Of a stretch of 64,000 bases of DNA, positions 1-12,200 are shown piece by piece. The stretch spans positions 44,361,983 through 44,425,982 of the forward strand of contig JAHRHZ010000017.1 in the NCBI GenBank assembly GCA_024137785.1, given 5' to 3'. A model generated the notes under the pieces. It made no database searches. It had not been told where the DNA came from and worked only from the letters and a program-made list of their open reading frames with translations. The translations under genes were made by a program, and so were the position numbers. Source of the DNA: Ginglymostoma cirratum (lineage: Eukaryota). How positions within the stretch are numbered: the stretch's first letter is position 1; each line of letters opens with the position of its first letter.

Positions 1-747
1 TATTGCGAATTCTGATTTTTAAAAAAAATCCAAACTGTTGGTGCAGATATAAGCTGTGAAAATTTTCAAGTCAGTTGGTTCAAATGAAAACAGTACTGCT
101 GCAAGCAGTGTCTATGTTTGAAAGGAAATGACTTCTAGATTTTCTCAGAAGACAACCATTATGGTAATCCCCATTTCTGTTTTAAGAACTGAAACAAACA
201 ATATAAACCATAGACAATGTAAATTGAAAAAGGACAATGTTGCTTTGCTTGGAGTTATTATTGGGTAGCCTTAGTGTAAGTTAAAATAGCCAAGTTAGAA
301 GCAGAACAGTGCATGCACACATGGAACCAACAAGCTTGTTTGCATTGAAGAAACATGAAAAGTCAAGGTGACCATTCAAATCAACACAATTTCGACACAA
401 TGGAGGAAAGAACTTTTCTTGTTTAGAACTATGTAGAATAACCAGCACCATAAGAGTTCATTCTGTTCAGGTAATCTGTGCTAGTAATGTACAACATTCT
501 TTCAATGCAAATTTTCAATAATAATGTTGAATGAATTTTAACAATTCACTGTATTCCTGATCATTCCCTCATTTAACATCAACTGGATGCTAAAGGGTGA
601 CTGAGTTCTGGTCTTGGTGAACAAGTCCTTGCAGATTGAACTCCAAATATACTCAGAAAGGAGAATAAATGATTTTCTGTGCATATCAATTCCAGTATTA
701 TGAATAAGGCATAAAATTTCTTTTGAACCTTGTCCTGTAACAAATAT

Positions 748-1638
748 GAATAGAATAGAATAGAATGTCCTTTATTGTCACCTGTACTCCAGTGCAGATG
801 TGCAGGAGTACAATGGAAAGTTTTTACAATTGCTGCCTTTAATGATACCATCTTAGGTACAAATACCTAGGTACAAATCTTACAGTGTTTAAAAAAAAAG
901 TGTTGTTATAGAGTAAAAAAGAATAATGATTAGCATGAAACAGTGAAAATGTCCAGAATGATAGTAAGTGACCATAAGGATATAAGTTCCAGCCTGTGCC
1001 TGTAGGCCCCAAAGCGTGAGCCCACGCCTCCATCCAGGACTCCATCCCCATGCCAGCCTCCATCCAAGACTTGCTCCGCTGCTGCTCTGGGAATCGTCCA
1101 TTAGCTCCACTGCGGGACCTAAACCGTGCTCCTCTGCTCTGCCCTGGCACTCGGCCCGTGCTCGCTCCGCTCCACTGCGGGACTCTGCCCGTGCTCGGTT
1201 CTGCTGCAGGACTCGGCCCGTGCTGGCTCCATTCTGCAGCAGGACTTGGCCTGTGCTCGGTTCCACTGCGGGACTCGGCCTGTGCTCGGTTCCGCTGCGG
1301 GACTCGGCCCGTGCTCTCTGCAATATGCTGCGGGACTCGGCCCATGCTCTCTCCGCTCTGCTGCGCAACTCGGCCCGTGCTCTCTCCGCTCTGCTGTGCA
1401 ACTCGGCCCGTGCTTGGTTCTGCTGCGGGACTTGGCTCGTCCATGGTTCCGCTGTGGGACTTGGCCCAGTGGCTGTGCTCAGCTGTGAGACATGGCCTGC
1501 TTCCTCTGCTCCTTGACTACACTGTCCAGGTAGGGCAGGGGGGAAGATAAGAAAAGCTTTGAAGAGGTGATAAAAAGGGAAGGGGATTCGCAAGCACAGG
1601 AGCTCCGACTGGAATGTCCTACTCTGCCGCCATCTTGG
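748..1638 (-). mobile_element. Putative non-autonomous non-LTR retroelement with internal minisatellite
   Basis: On the minus strand it starts CCAAGATGGCGGC and ends ACAATAAAG followed by (ATTCT)n; a similar tail recurs near 21168-21205. Confidence 0.5.
1110..1480. repeat. GC-rich minisatellite, ~29-34 bp units (GGGACTCGGCCCGTGCTCGGTTCYGCTGC)
   Basis: About 11 degenerate tandem copies visible; explains the overlapping repetitive ORFs on both strands. Confidence 0.9.
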
Positions 1639-3141
1639 AGTGTTACCCAACATGCTATCCAACATAGGTGGATCAGTGGACATCAGCTGTTAAGAAAGGC
1701 TTATTCAGTGTAACTCAATGCACCAAACATTTTGTTTCATGCTCCTGCAAGTTCTGCAATTCAGCTTTTTTAAAACCTTCCCAACTGGACATGCTTTGTT
1801 TCCTCTTCAAATTCCAAATTGGAGGATTGCATTAAGATGAAAAAGATTCCAATTCCAAACCAATGAGCTTATTTCCTGCCATGGTCCTTTTCAATTCTTT
1901 TCACTTTTTAAGACCCCTTTTCAAATGCACACACAAAAACAGAAGTTGCTGGAAAAGCTCAGCAGGTCTGGCAGCATCTGTAAAGAAAAAATTAGCGTTA
2001 ACGTTTTGGGTCCGGTGACCCTTCCTCAGAACTGTTTTGAGGAAAGGCTACTGTTTAAGGTGTAACCTTCCATCATCTGCAATACTCATTCAGTGTGCAG
2101 CTGGTGAATATCTTGCCATTTTCTTTTCTTCCACCTACCTGCACTAAAATATTGCTGGCATGCTGCTTGATATGTGCCTGACCTGTGTCGTCACAGCCAT
2201 CAGTATTCACATTATTTTGCAGGTCCTCTAAAAAGCTATGCAGAACACAAGGGGTCCACAAACTACATTTTGAGAATCACTGCATTAGCCAATTTTGAGA
2301 ACCAAGGAATCGGGTTGCTTAACTGATATACATTCCAGTGTGGTGTGGAAAGAATACTTTACGTTGTAAATTGTGGTAATATCAAAAGTGTAAGTGAATA
2401 AGGTCAAATTAAAATTTACAAGTACAAGAACTGATGTCTAAATTTTCTTTTCCAGCAATGATGTTTGTTGCTTTTTTCAAAGAATGTTTTACAATTTTGA
2501 TTGCAATTTAATGTTATTAAAAATCAATATTGATACTTTTTTTGTTCTTCGATTCTCAGTTTGGCTCAGTAGGTAACAATCCCACCTCTTAAGTCAAAAA
2601 TTAAGTGGTTTAAGTTGCACTCCAGTTTAAGTATGTATCTAAGCTACTACTCCAATGCACCATTAAGGTGTTGGATCAGTGAAACTGCTGAACTTTGTAA
2701 AAAGCATTACACAACGGACAGCCTACATTCAGAATTACGTTGAAGACCTCAAAGTATTAATTCCAAAGTCTGGTCAATATTTCTTCCATTAACACAAAAA
2801 CATAGCTTTTAGGAGATCTAACATGTGGAACACTGGAGTTGAATCTGCCTTCATGATCTCTTGTACATCAAAACTGTATGTGAAGCAGCATGTAGTGTTT
2901 TAAGTCACTGTTTTATCTTACATTTATACATGTCAGTAAATTCGTACAATTCCTATCTCTTTCCTGAAGAAATTTGAAAAGTTGTAAATGGGTTATTATT
3001 TTTACAATGTCCATATCAATGTTAAACAAATGTATTGTAAAGATTGCACAATACACTTGAATGTTACAAATACCGTTCAAATACAACCTTGAGCCATCCT
3101 GTTTACTGTTTTTTTTTTGTTATGTGATGTATTTTAATTAG

Positions 3142-3226
3142 GGTGGAGGAATAACTATGGAATATAGAATTACAATGTCTAATGGGAAAAATTTGTGGAG
3201 AAGACATTTTTCTGCCAATGAGATCG
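3142..3226 (+). CDS. TMEM145: TMEM145-like exon: GGGITMEYRITMSNGKNLWRRHFSANEI(G), end of GOLD-like luminal domain
   Basis: attttaattag acceptor, g|gtaagg donor, 85 nt; resembles [29 protein letters not shown]. Confidence 0.9.
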
Positions 3227-6200
3227 GTAAGGATGTTCGGAGATAATAAGAATTGCCGATGCTGGAGTCAGAGATAACACAGTGTAGGGCTAGAGGAACA
3301 CAGCAGGCCAGGCAGCATCAGAGGAACAGGAAAGTTGACGTTTCGGGTCGGGACCCTTCTTCAGAAATGGGGGAGGAGGAAGGGAGCTGGGAAATAAATA
3401 GAGGGTGGAGGGGTGGGGCTGGGGAAGGCAGGTGAGATGGTGATAGGTGAGTGCAGGTAGGCAGTGGTGGGCATTAGTCAGTGAGATGGAAGGAGCGGAT
3501 AGGTGGGAGAGAAGATGGATAGGTTGTGTCAGATCAGGGAGGCGGGGATGAGAGGGAGGGTTGGACATGCGATGTGGCCATGGGTGGGGAGATTTTGAAA
3601 CTGGTAAAGTCCACATTGAGACCATTGGGATGTAGACTCCCAAGGCGGAATATGAGGTGTTGCTCCTCCAGCTTGCGTGTGGTGTCATTGTGACACTGGA
3701 GAAGGCCCAGGATGGACATGTCACTGAGGGAGTGGGAGGGTGGAGTTGAAATGGTTCGCGACCGCAAGGTGTTGTTGTTTGTCACAAACAGAGCGCAGGT
3801 GCTCTACAAAGCAGTCTCCGAGTCTCCACTTGGTCTCCCCAATGTCGAGGAGGCCACGTCGGGAGCAGTGGATGCAATAGACCACATCGACGGATGTGCA
3901 GGTGAACCTCTGTCTGATGTGAAAGGTTTGTTTGGAGTCTTTGATGGAGGTGAGGAGAGGAGGTGTAGGGGCAGGTGTAGCACTTCCTGCAGTTGCAGGA
4001 AGAGGTGCCAGGGTTGGTGGGCATCGTGTGGAGCGGACGAGGGAGTCGCGGTCCCTACGGAAGGCAGATAGGGGTGGGGTAGGGAAATATATCTTTGGTT
4101 GTGGGGTCAGATTGCAGGTGGCAGAGAGTGATGATATGGCTGTGGAGGTTGGTGGGGTGATATGTGAGGACCAGGGGGATTCTGTCTTTGTTTTTGTTGG
4201 AAGGAGGGGATGTGAGTGCAGAGGTGCGGGAAAAGCAAGAGATGCGGTCGAGAACATTTTCAACCACCGGAGGGTGGAAGTTGCGGTTATTGAAATAAGA
4301 GGACATCTGGGATGTTTGCGAGTGGAACATCTCATCTTGGGAGCGGCGGAGACGGAGGAATTGGGAGGAGGGGATTGCATTCTTGCAGGAAGGTGGGTGA
4401 GAGGAGGTGTAGTCAAGGTAGCTGTTCAGTGTTCTTTTCAGTTTGTTAAGAAATGATCAGATGAAACTAAATTGTTTCCCTTTCTTTTCTAGGCATACTT
4501 GAAGTGCACATACTTTCAGTATTGTTGTTCTTAATTACACTTGGAGTTTGCATTTGTTTTGCTCGTAAGTCATGTGCTATTAAAGGCAGAGGTACCTCAT
4601 GTAACCTTATGGTGGTAATATAATTTTTTTAAGCTTTCAGCTTCATTTTTAATGTGTAGGTCATTTGAAGAAACGACACCTGCTACATTCAAGTTTTCAG
4701 ATGTTAATGGCCTCTGTAGGATCAGAAGGTGAGATAGTAATATATTGTGTCAGTATAGGTTTATTGCTGTAAATATGAGATCAATGATATGATATCTTAA
4801 TAACTATTAAGATACCTATTTACTGAGTTTGTTTGCCAGTGGCATTTAATCCTTTCCCCATAATGAAAGGAGTCTAACTTTTCTACCTTCACAACTTCTA
4901 ATGAAATTTTATACATGTTTAGAATGTGATGTAATACTGGTAAAAGTATTAAATGCCGACTGATCCATATCTATTTTTTAATCACTAATGGGATGTGGGT
5001 GTCTAGATTTCTAGCTTAATCTGAATGCCGCTTTGACGTGTAACTAGACACCCTCAATGAATGAACTCATGTGACAAGACAGCACAGAGTGCCAATGCCA
5101 GAACACAGCCATGTTTGACTCTATGGTGGTATTTTGATTTGTTCCCCATCATGATGTCATAGAAAGAAGAGATCACGTTGAGCAGCTTTGGCAGGTGGGG
5201 AGAGGAAATGGAAAGCTCAGCCAGTTCAAAGAAAACAAAGGAGAGAAAACCCTGTCCCTTTGCAGCTGATTGTCTTCGAATGCAGCCAATACGACCGAAC
5301 ATGCCTGGCCATAGTGGAGCTCCTGAGCCACATCAGGCAATGTTGAGCGCAGTTGACCACCAAGACATAGACAACTCTTCTACAAGTTGAAGGCTACCAT
5401 TTATGGAAACCATGGGAACCATATTGGTTCTTCAGCAAGAAATATACGTCTCACAGGTTCTCAAGGGCTTATATAAATTTAAAGAGAAGTTTTCCTTTGC
5501 AGCAAAAAAATAGTAAAGCAAAATCGCAGAGCTATAGGAAAATCCTGGGAGCAAGGGGCAGCATGTTGGCACAGTGATTAGCACTGCTGCCTCACAGTGC
5601 CAGGGACCTGGGTTCAATTCCACCCTCGGGCCACTATCTGTGTGGAGTTTGCACGTTCTCCCCATGTCTGCATGGGTTTCCTCTGGGTGCTGCGGTTTCC
5701 TCCCACTGTCCAATGATGTGCAGGCTAGGTGGATTGGCCATGCTAAATTGCCTGTAGTGTTCAGGGATGTGTAGATTAGGTGGTTTATAGAGGGATGTGT
5801 TTGGGTGGGTGTTCTGAGGGTCGGTGTGGACTTGTTGGGCTGAAGGGCCTGTTTCCACACTCTAGGGGTTCTATGATCAAGAAGAGTTCCACATGCCTTA
5901 CACTGGTTTGGACATGGCCGTGAAGATGCAGGATCAAAGTTGCAAGACTAAGCAAATATTTGAGCTGAAATTATCTGTCTGCCTCCTGGATCATTGGCAG
6001 TTGCCAAATAGCTAGGTGAGTGAGTGTGGTAAAACAAATGAAGTGACATGTATTCTTTCCAAGATCTGACAGCTGTGCACTAAGCAACTAAAGAATTTAC
6101 CACAGGTGTCACATTCGATCTTTTCCTTTCCCCTGGTGCTTCATGTATTAGCAGGGAAGACTGTACTCCACTTTCTGTCTGATTTCACTCATGTCTTCAA

Positions 6201-9200
6201 ACGCTGCTAATGTGCTCACTTATTGATTATTTCTGTCATCTTTTGCACTGTGGTAAACTGTTCACACAAAGTTGAAAGCCTTGCCCTTGTGTTGTGATTA
6301 TTCTCCTCACACACAACATAGGAGGACTCTGGTATGTAGGTTAGCTTTGTATTTATTCAAGCAATCTTAATCTTGGACTGGCTGAACAAAATTCCATCTA
6401 ATACCCTGTCCTAGCTCTGTTCCACTTATGTATTATCTCTGTCCAACATCAGTTTCTTATCAAAAGAAAACAAGAACATAAGAAATAGAGCAGGAGTAGG
6501 TCACCTGGCTTGTCAAGGCTGCTCCGCCATTCAATAAGATCATGGCTGATCTTTACCTGGACTCAGCTCCATTTACCCAGCATTCACCATTACCTTTAAT
6601 TCCATTGAAGTTCAAAAATCTATCTATCATTGCCTTAAAAACATTCAATGAGGAAGTCTCAACTACTTCACTGGGCCGGGAATTCCACAGATTCACAACC
6701 CTTTGGGTGAAGAAGTTCCTCCTCAACTCAGTCCTAAATCTGCTTCCCTTTATTTTGAGGTTATGCCCCCTAGTTCTAATTTCACCTGTCAGTAGAAACA
6801 GCCTCTTTGCTTTTATTGTATCAATTCCATACATAATTTTACATATTTCTATAAGTTCCCCCCTCATTCTTCTAAATTCCAGTGAGTATAGTCCCAGTCT
6901 ATTCAATCTCTCCTCATAAGCCAACACTCTCAACTCCAGAACCAACATAATCAACCTCCTGTGCACCCCCTCCAGTGCCAGTGCATCCTTTCTCAAGTAG
7001 TCATCAACCTTACTACACGTACATTGTTTACATTTCATTCTTGTTCAATAAACAAAAATCTTTCATTGTAGGTCTTTCTCTTATCCTGTCTACAGGAATT
7101 TGTTTGTACAGTAGTTTGCTCTCAAGGTTGATAGAAGCCTCAGGTTGTGTAAGGTTCCTCTCTAGGCATCTCTGCTGAGATGGACTCTAAGGGTATTCAG
7201 GGTCATGCTTGCTAAAGTGTGCCTTACAGTAATGGATGTCTTACTCCTGTTAGAACCCCATCTTATAAAATCGTGCTTAGTTCCCACTCCAGTTCCTCCT
7301 TTTTTATGTCTGTACATGTTCTGCTGTTTTGTGGAAAAGCATGCACACAACAGGTGGGACGCAACCAGCACAGGAGAAGCTCAGACCACTCCACAAACAC
7401 TGATCATTAATGGAGGGTTATAGTTTGCAATTCAAGGACGTGTTAAATGCTGTGGTAAGCTTGACAGACTGCAGTAGGTACTAGAAGTTCATTAAATAAC
7501 TGCTAAAGTTAACTAACATGCAAGCTTCATGTTGCTCACCAAAGGATAACAGAGAATGCCTTTCATAATGTTATAAGTCTAAGGCAATTTTAATTGCATA
7601 TGGATTGTGGGCAGTTGAAGAAAGAGTTTTCTTTTGGTTTATGTGTTCAGGGGATATGGTTGTCCTTTATTATGCATTGCTAATTGTTCTTGAAAAGGGG
7701 GTGATTAGACACATTCTTGAACCCATTCAGTCTGTGCAGTGCAGGTACTCTGACACAGGGAGTCCCAGCATTTTGATCCAGCAACTGTGATGGAATGGCA
7801 GGTATTTCTAAGTCAAAATGGTTTATGACTTATACTGGAACTTGCGTATAATGGTGCTATCATGTGCCTACTCCTTTTGTACTTCTACGCGAAAGACGCT
7901 GCATATTTATAGAATGACCTTTGGTGATCTGTTGCAATGCATCTTGTATACACTAATGATACTGTATGTTGGTTGTATCGGGTGGTAAAATTGCACCTGC
8001 ATTAATGACATTTCTCCATGCTGATTTCTGTATATTTCTAACACTTCCTACCCATTTAAAATTGGACCTGTGACTCTTGCAAGTTATTCATTTCTCAACT
8101 CATCATCCTGTACAAAACCAAACAAGTTCAGCAAACGGTTGAAGAATTATTTTCATTCTCCACATATATGATCAAATGATAAGTCAGGAGAGGACCAAAG
8201 TTGCAGCTACATTTTTGAAATCTAATGAATTGTAAATTTTGAACTATTATCACAGCGGCAACACAAATGAATTATTTGGAGCATATACCTACTCAAGAAT
8301 ATAAATGGATGTGTAGCCATGGAGCCAGAAGAATGAACGCTCAGGATTGCAGAGGGCCAGGAGGCACAATTCCAGAAGGTGCTGACCAAGTCAGCACATA
8401 GTACAATGTAATCAGCTGTATGGTTTTAGCAAAGATCACTATGTACTGAGGATTTAGCTCATCAGATCAGCTGTGATTGAGCTGTGCCACCTGAATTACA
8501 AAAGCTTCCAAAATCAACGAACCATATTCCGTAATATAAACAGAAAGTGCTGCAGAAACTCAGCAGGTTTGACGGCATCTACGGAAAGAGAGACAGAATT
8601 AATGTTTCGAGTTCAATATGACTCTTCTTCAGAACTAAAGCACTCTGAATTCTGCTGTCTCCTGCAGTGTTACTGCTTTAAGAGCTATGTTAATGTGCCA
8701 AGGACCTGGATTTATACCACATGTCCAGCAGCTATCAGGAGTGCGAACAGCAGCATTTTGGAGAAGGGTTGTGAACTTGCAGTTATAGAGCAACTTCTGC
8801 AATCAGTCTGTCTGTTAGATAAACCTGTTCTGAGATTTAAGTAAATTGAACCTACACTACTTGCCAATCCAGTAAGAGACCAGTAATCTGTGTCAAGGAA
8901 AACAGCAGAGGAACATAACATTCACTATGGCCAATGAAGTTCACCATTAATTTCAATGATGTGTGCCAGTCATTCAGAGGACGCACAGTAATCTGCCACT
9001 TGTTTGGCTTTTGCGGAACTTACACTTTATTCTTCCTCCATCATGAATGAATGAGATTGCAAGGTAAGCTAAAGGACAGTTAACAAATATTTGTATGTGT
9101 TTTGTATATTTTGCTGCTATTTTATCCCCGTGTGTATCATGGATCCTTTTCTTAACTGTCTATTTGCTGTACTACTCAATGCCCCCATAGTTGAAGAAGG

Positions 9201-12200
9201 GGTTTGATTGGATGGCAACAACATCAGTTGCAAGGAACTTAGAAGGTTTAGTACCAGCACAAATGCCTAACCATAATACAGCAACATCAGTTTCAAGGGA
9301 CTTCTTTGGCTCTGGAGTCGTTGCTTTCTGTAGTGGAACGTCCTTTGAGCATCCCAATGTGAAGACATAGCCTTTGATAAGTGGCAATTGACTGTTTCTG
9401 TACTGCTTCATGCACAGTGCTGCAGACTGATGGATGTGAGCATGGAACAGTAAGTCTCACTAGACTATGGTAATCTGCAAAGCTAGTTGTTAACCTCTGA
9501 CTGCATCCTTGTGCTAGGACCTCAAATCCTCATTCGCAACAGTGGGAAAACTCATCAAATAGACTCTTACTGGGTTTTTTTTAGCTTGTGTTACTGAAGC
9601 CTTCAGTACAAATAACACCATGTGTTCTTTGGTGCTGTACACAAACAACATTTTTCCATGATATTGTAGTTGGAAAATGGCTGTGAATAATCTGGATATT
9701 TCTGCCTATTTATTTTTAATTTGAAAAATATATAACAGAGAAATTTTGTGTGGCTGGTTTTTCAGTCTGACCTGCTTTTCATTGGGAGCACATAACCGGG
9801 GTTGTTATCAGTCACATTGAAAATTCCCTTGTCTGCTGCTACCAGTGATACTAATGTGAATTGATAATGACTGTTGTGGATAGATACGTATACGTTTTAA
9901 GGGAAAATTTGGTACTATTGGTTTTTCATTTCTTTTCAGTTCTAGGCCATTTCTTCCTTTCCATTCACTTGGGAATTTATGCATTGAATGGTGTAGGATG
10001 TGAATCAGTGAAAATAATTGGTAAGCATACAGCATTGATGAAAAATTCTTAATATTTCTGTTTAAAATATGACTGTCTTTGTCAATGAGCTAGAACTGAT
10101 TTCATACGCACAACTATGGGATTTCATGATGATTCACTGACACAGCATTAGAATCAGGACAAAATAGTTAGCATTAAAGTAGTATTGCACTGTAATTAGT
10201 GTACAAATCCATGACAGAATTATGTAATCTGTGTTTGTTTACTAATTTTTAGGACAACCCATTGTTTCAAATTGACTTTTCTCTAATGGCAAACATCTGA
10301 GTTGAAATAGCAGTTGAGGAGCATCGTACAGTTCCTCTGCTAATTATGTGCACATTCTCCCTGTGTCTGCGTGGGTTTCCTCCAGCTGCTCCAGTTTCCT
10401 CCCACAGGTGCAGGTTAGGTAGATTGGCTATGCTAAATTGCCCGTAGTGTCTAGGGATGTGCAGGCTAGGTGGATTAGCCATGGGAAATGCAAGGTTATA
10501 GGGATAGGCTAGGGTAGGGGGTGGGTCTGGGTGGGATGTACTTCAGAGGGGCAGTGTGGACTCAATAGACTGAATAGCTTTCATACTGTAGGGATTCTTT
10601 GACTCTAAGAGTGTACAATGCAACTTTCTTTAGTGCATTTTCTGCTCAATTCTGTAAATTATGTGCTAGTTTCTAGTGTAGCCATATTTTCTTTATGCAA
10701 TTTATTTCTTTTTTTAGGGAGGTTGCTACTTGTGATTAGCTACTTACTACTTGTTCCAATGCTGCTTCTGATCAGCCATGGATTTACAATTACAAGGTGG
10801 AGATTATTCAAGCATACTTTAGCAGAAGTGATGTGGCAAATTCATAAACATTTTTTAAAATATTAAGAATATAGAACTCTAAAGGCTGTGACTAGATTAT
10901 TAGCATGAGGACTATCTTTTGCTGTTGGTGGATAGTTTTAAATTACACACTTATCTTCCACGCCCACTCCTCCACGCACAGATCTCAGTGGAAATAATAA
11001 CATAATATGCATTGAATTAGATAAATCACAAAGATGGTGTAAAGAAAATAATTCCAAAATTTGTACTGCTTCTTTAAAAGAAAAACGGACATAACTGTGG
11101 TATTATGCATTTAAATAATAATGTATTCTGGGTTTGAGGCTATCTGCCACAGAGCTCTTTAGAGTATTATATATTAATGCTATTGAGCTAACTGTTGTTT
11201 CAAAGATTAATAGGGTAGCAGATGGACAGCTGTCAGATTTTAGACTAGTTCTGTTCTGAAGACAATGAGAGGAGAATAAAATGGTCTGGTGAACACAAGC
11301 ATTGTTCCTACTAAAACACTTCTAATTTGGGCTGAGTAGGATTCATTGCAAAGTTAGACTGGTTGATTCTACTCATTGAAGAGGGTAGAAACAGTTCATT
11401 TGAAAGCTGAAAATTGATTCAGATTCTTACGGAGAATAGAGAACTGCTAGAACAGGAGGTAATCGGGCTGCAAGGACAAATTCTCCCCCACTGGTCTTAA
11501 GGCGCAGATGAGTTCTTTTGTTTAAGTAAACACTTGTGTTTATTTGTAAAGGGATAGAATTGAAAAGTAGAGAAGTTATGCTCAGATTGTTTTGAATCTT
11601 GATGAGACTACACTTGGAGTTACTGTATGCAGTTATGCTTACCATATTGTAAAAAGGATACAGAGACATTGGAGAAGCCACAAATTTAGTCACAATGTTC
11701 AACAAATATATCAAAATTTGATTTTACCAGAATTGTATGGTGTATTTATCAGGAAAGGATGACTGGGTGGACCACTTTCTAAACAGAACAGGGAAGGCTG
11801 AAGGTTGACCTAATTGAGGTTTAATATTATGAAAAGTTGTGTTAGATGGATTATCTCTTGGAGACTGATAACGTTTAAAAGAAATTGAAATTTCCAGTTT
11901 GTAACTGAAAGAATGATGCTATAAGATTTCCTGTTTTGAGTCGTTAACTGTAGCAAAAGACTAAAAGCTGTAATAACCAGAAGCTATATTTGTAGGTCAC
12001 TTATACTTTACACCACAGAACAAAAACTCCCTGTTATATTTTCAGGATGACTGGAAAAGCACAGTTCACAGGCATGTGTTAGACTGTCCTAAAATCAGTC
12101 AAAAGTGATCGAAAAGGGTTTACTTCTTTTTGTTTCTCAGCCTGCTTGTTTCTGAACCTAGAGCCATCCTTCATAATGGGAGTACTACTGGAGATCCTCC

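Noticed and set aside
1110-1480. Possible CRISPR-like array
   Set aside because: Units are adjacent with no unique spacers, and the DNA is vertebrate.
839-1683. Overlapping 120-264 aa ORFs with repeated peptides on both strands
   Set aside because: Produced by a stop-poor GC-rich minisatellite; no splice context or recognisable domain.
2300-2376. Candidate upstream TMEM145-like exon (FQCGVERILYVVNC|gtaat)
   Set aside because: Wrong phase for the 3142 exon, no clear acceptor and lacks the expected RWWY motif.
5555-5630. tRNA-like A/B box sequences here and at other SINE heads
   Set aside because: They continue into SINE bodies and do not form complete cloverleafs; not tRNA genes.
9172-9411. 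Faint resemblance of GTKPSKFLAT...GGIE to the histone H3 tail
   Set aside because: Too few identities and no histone fold follows; treated as chance.
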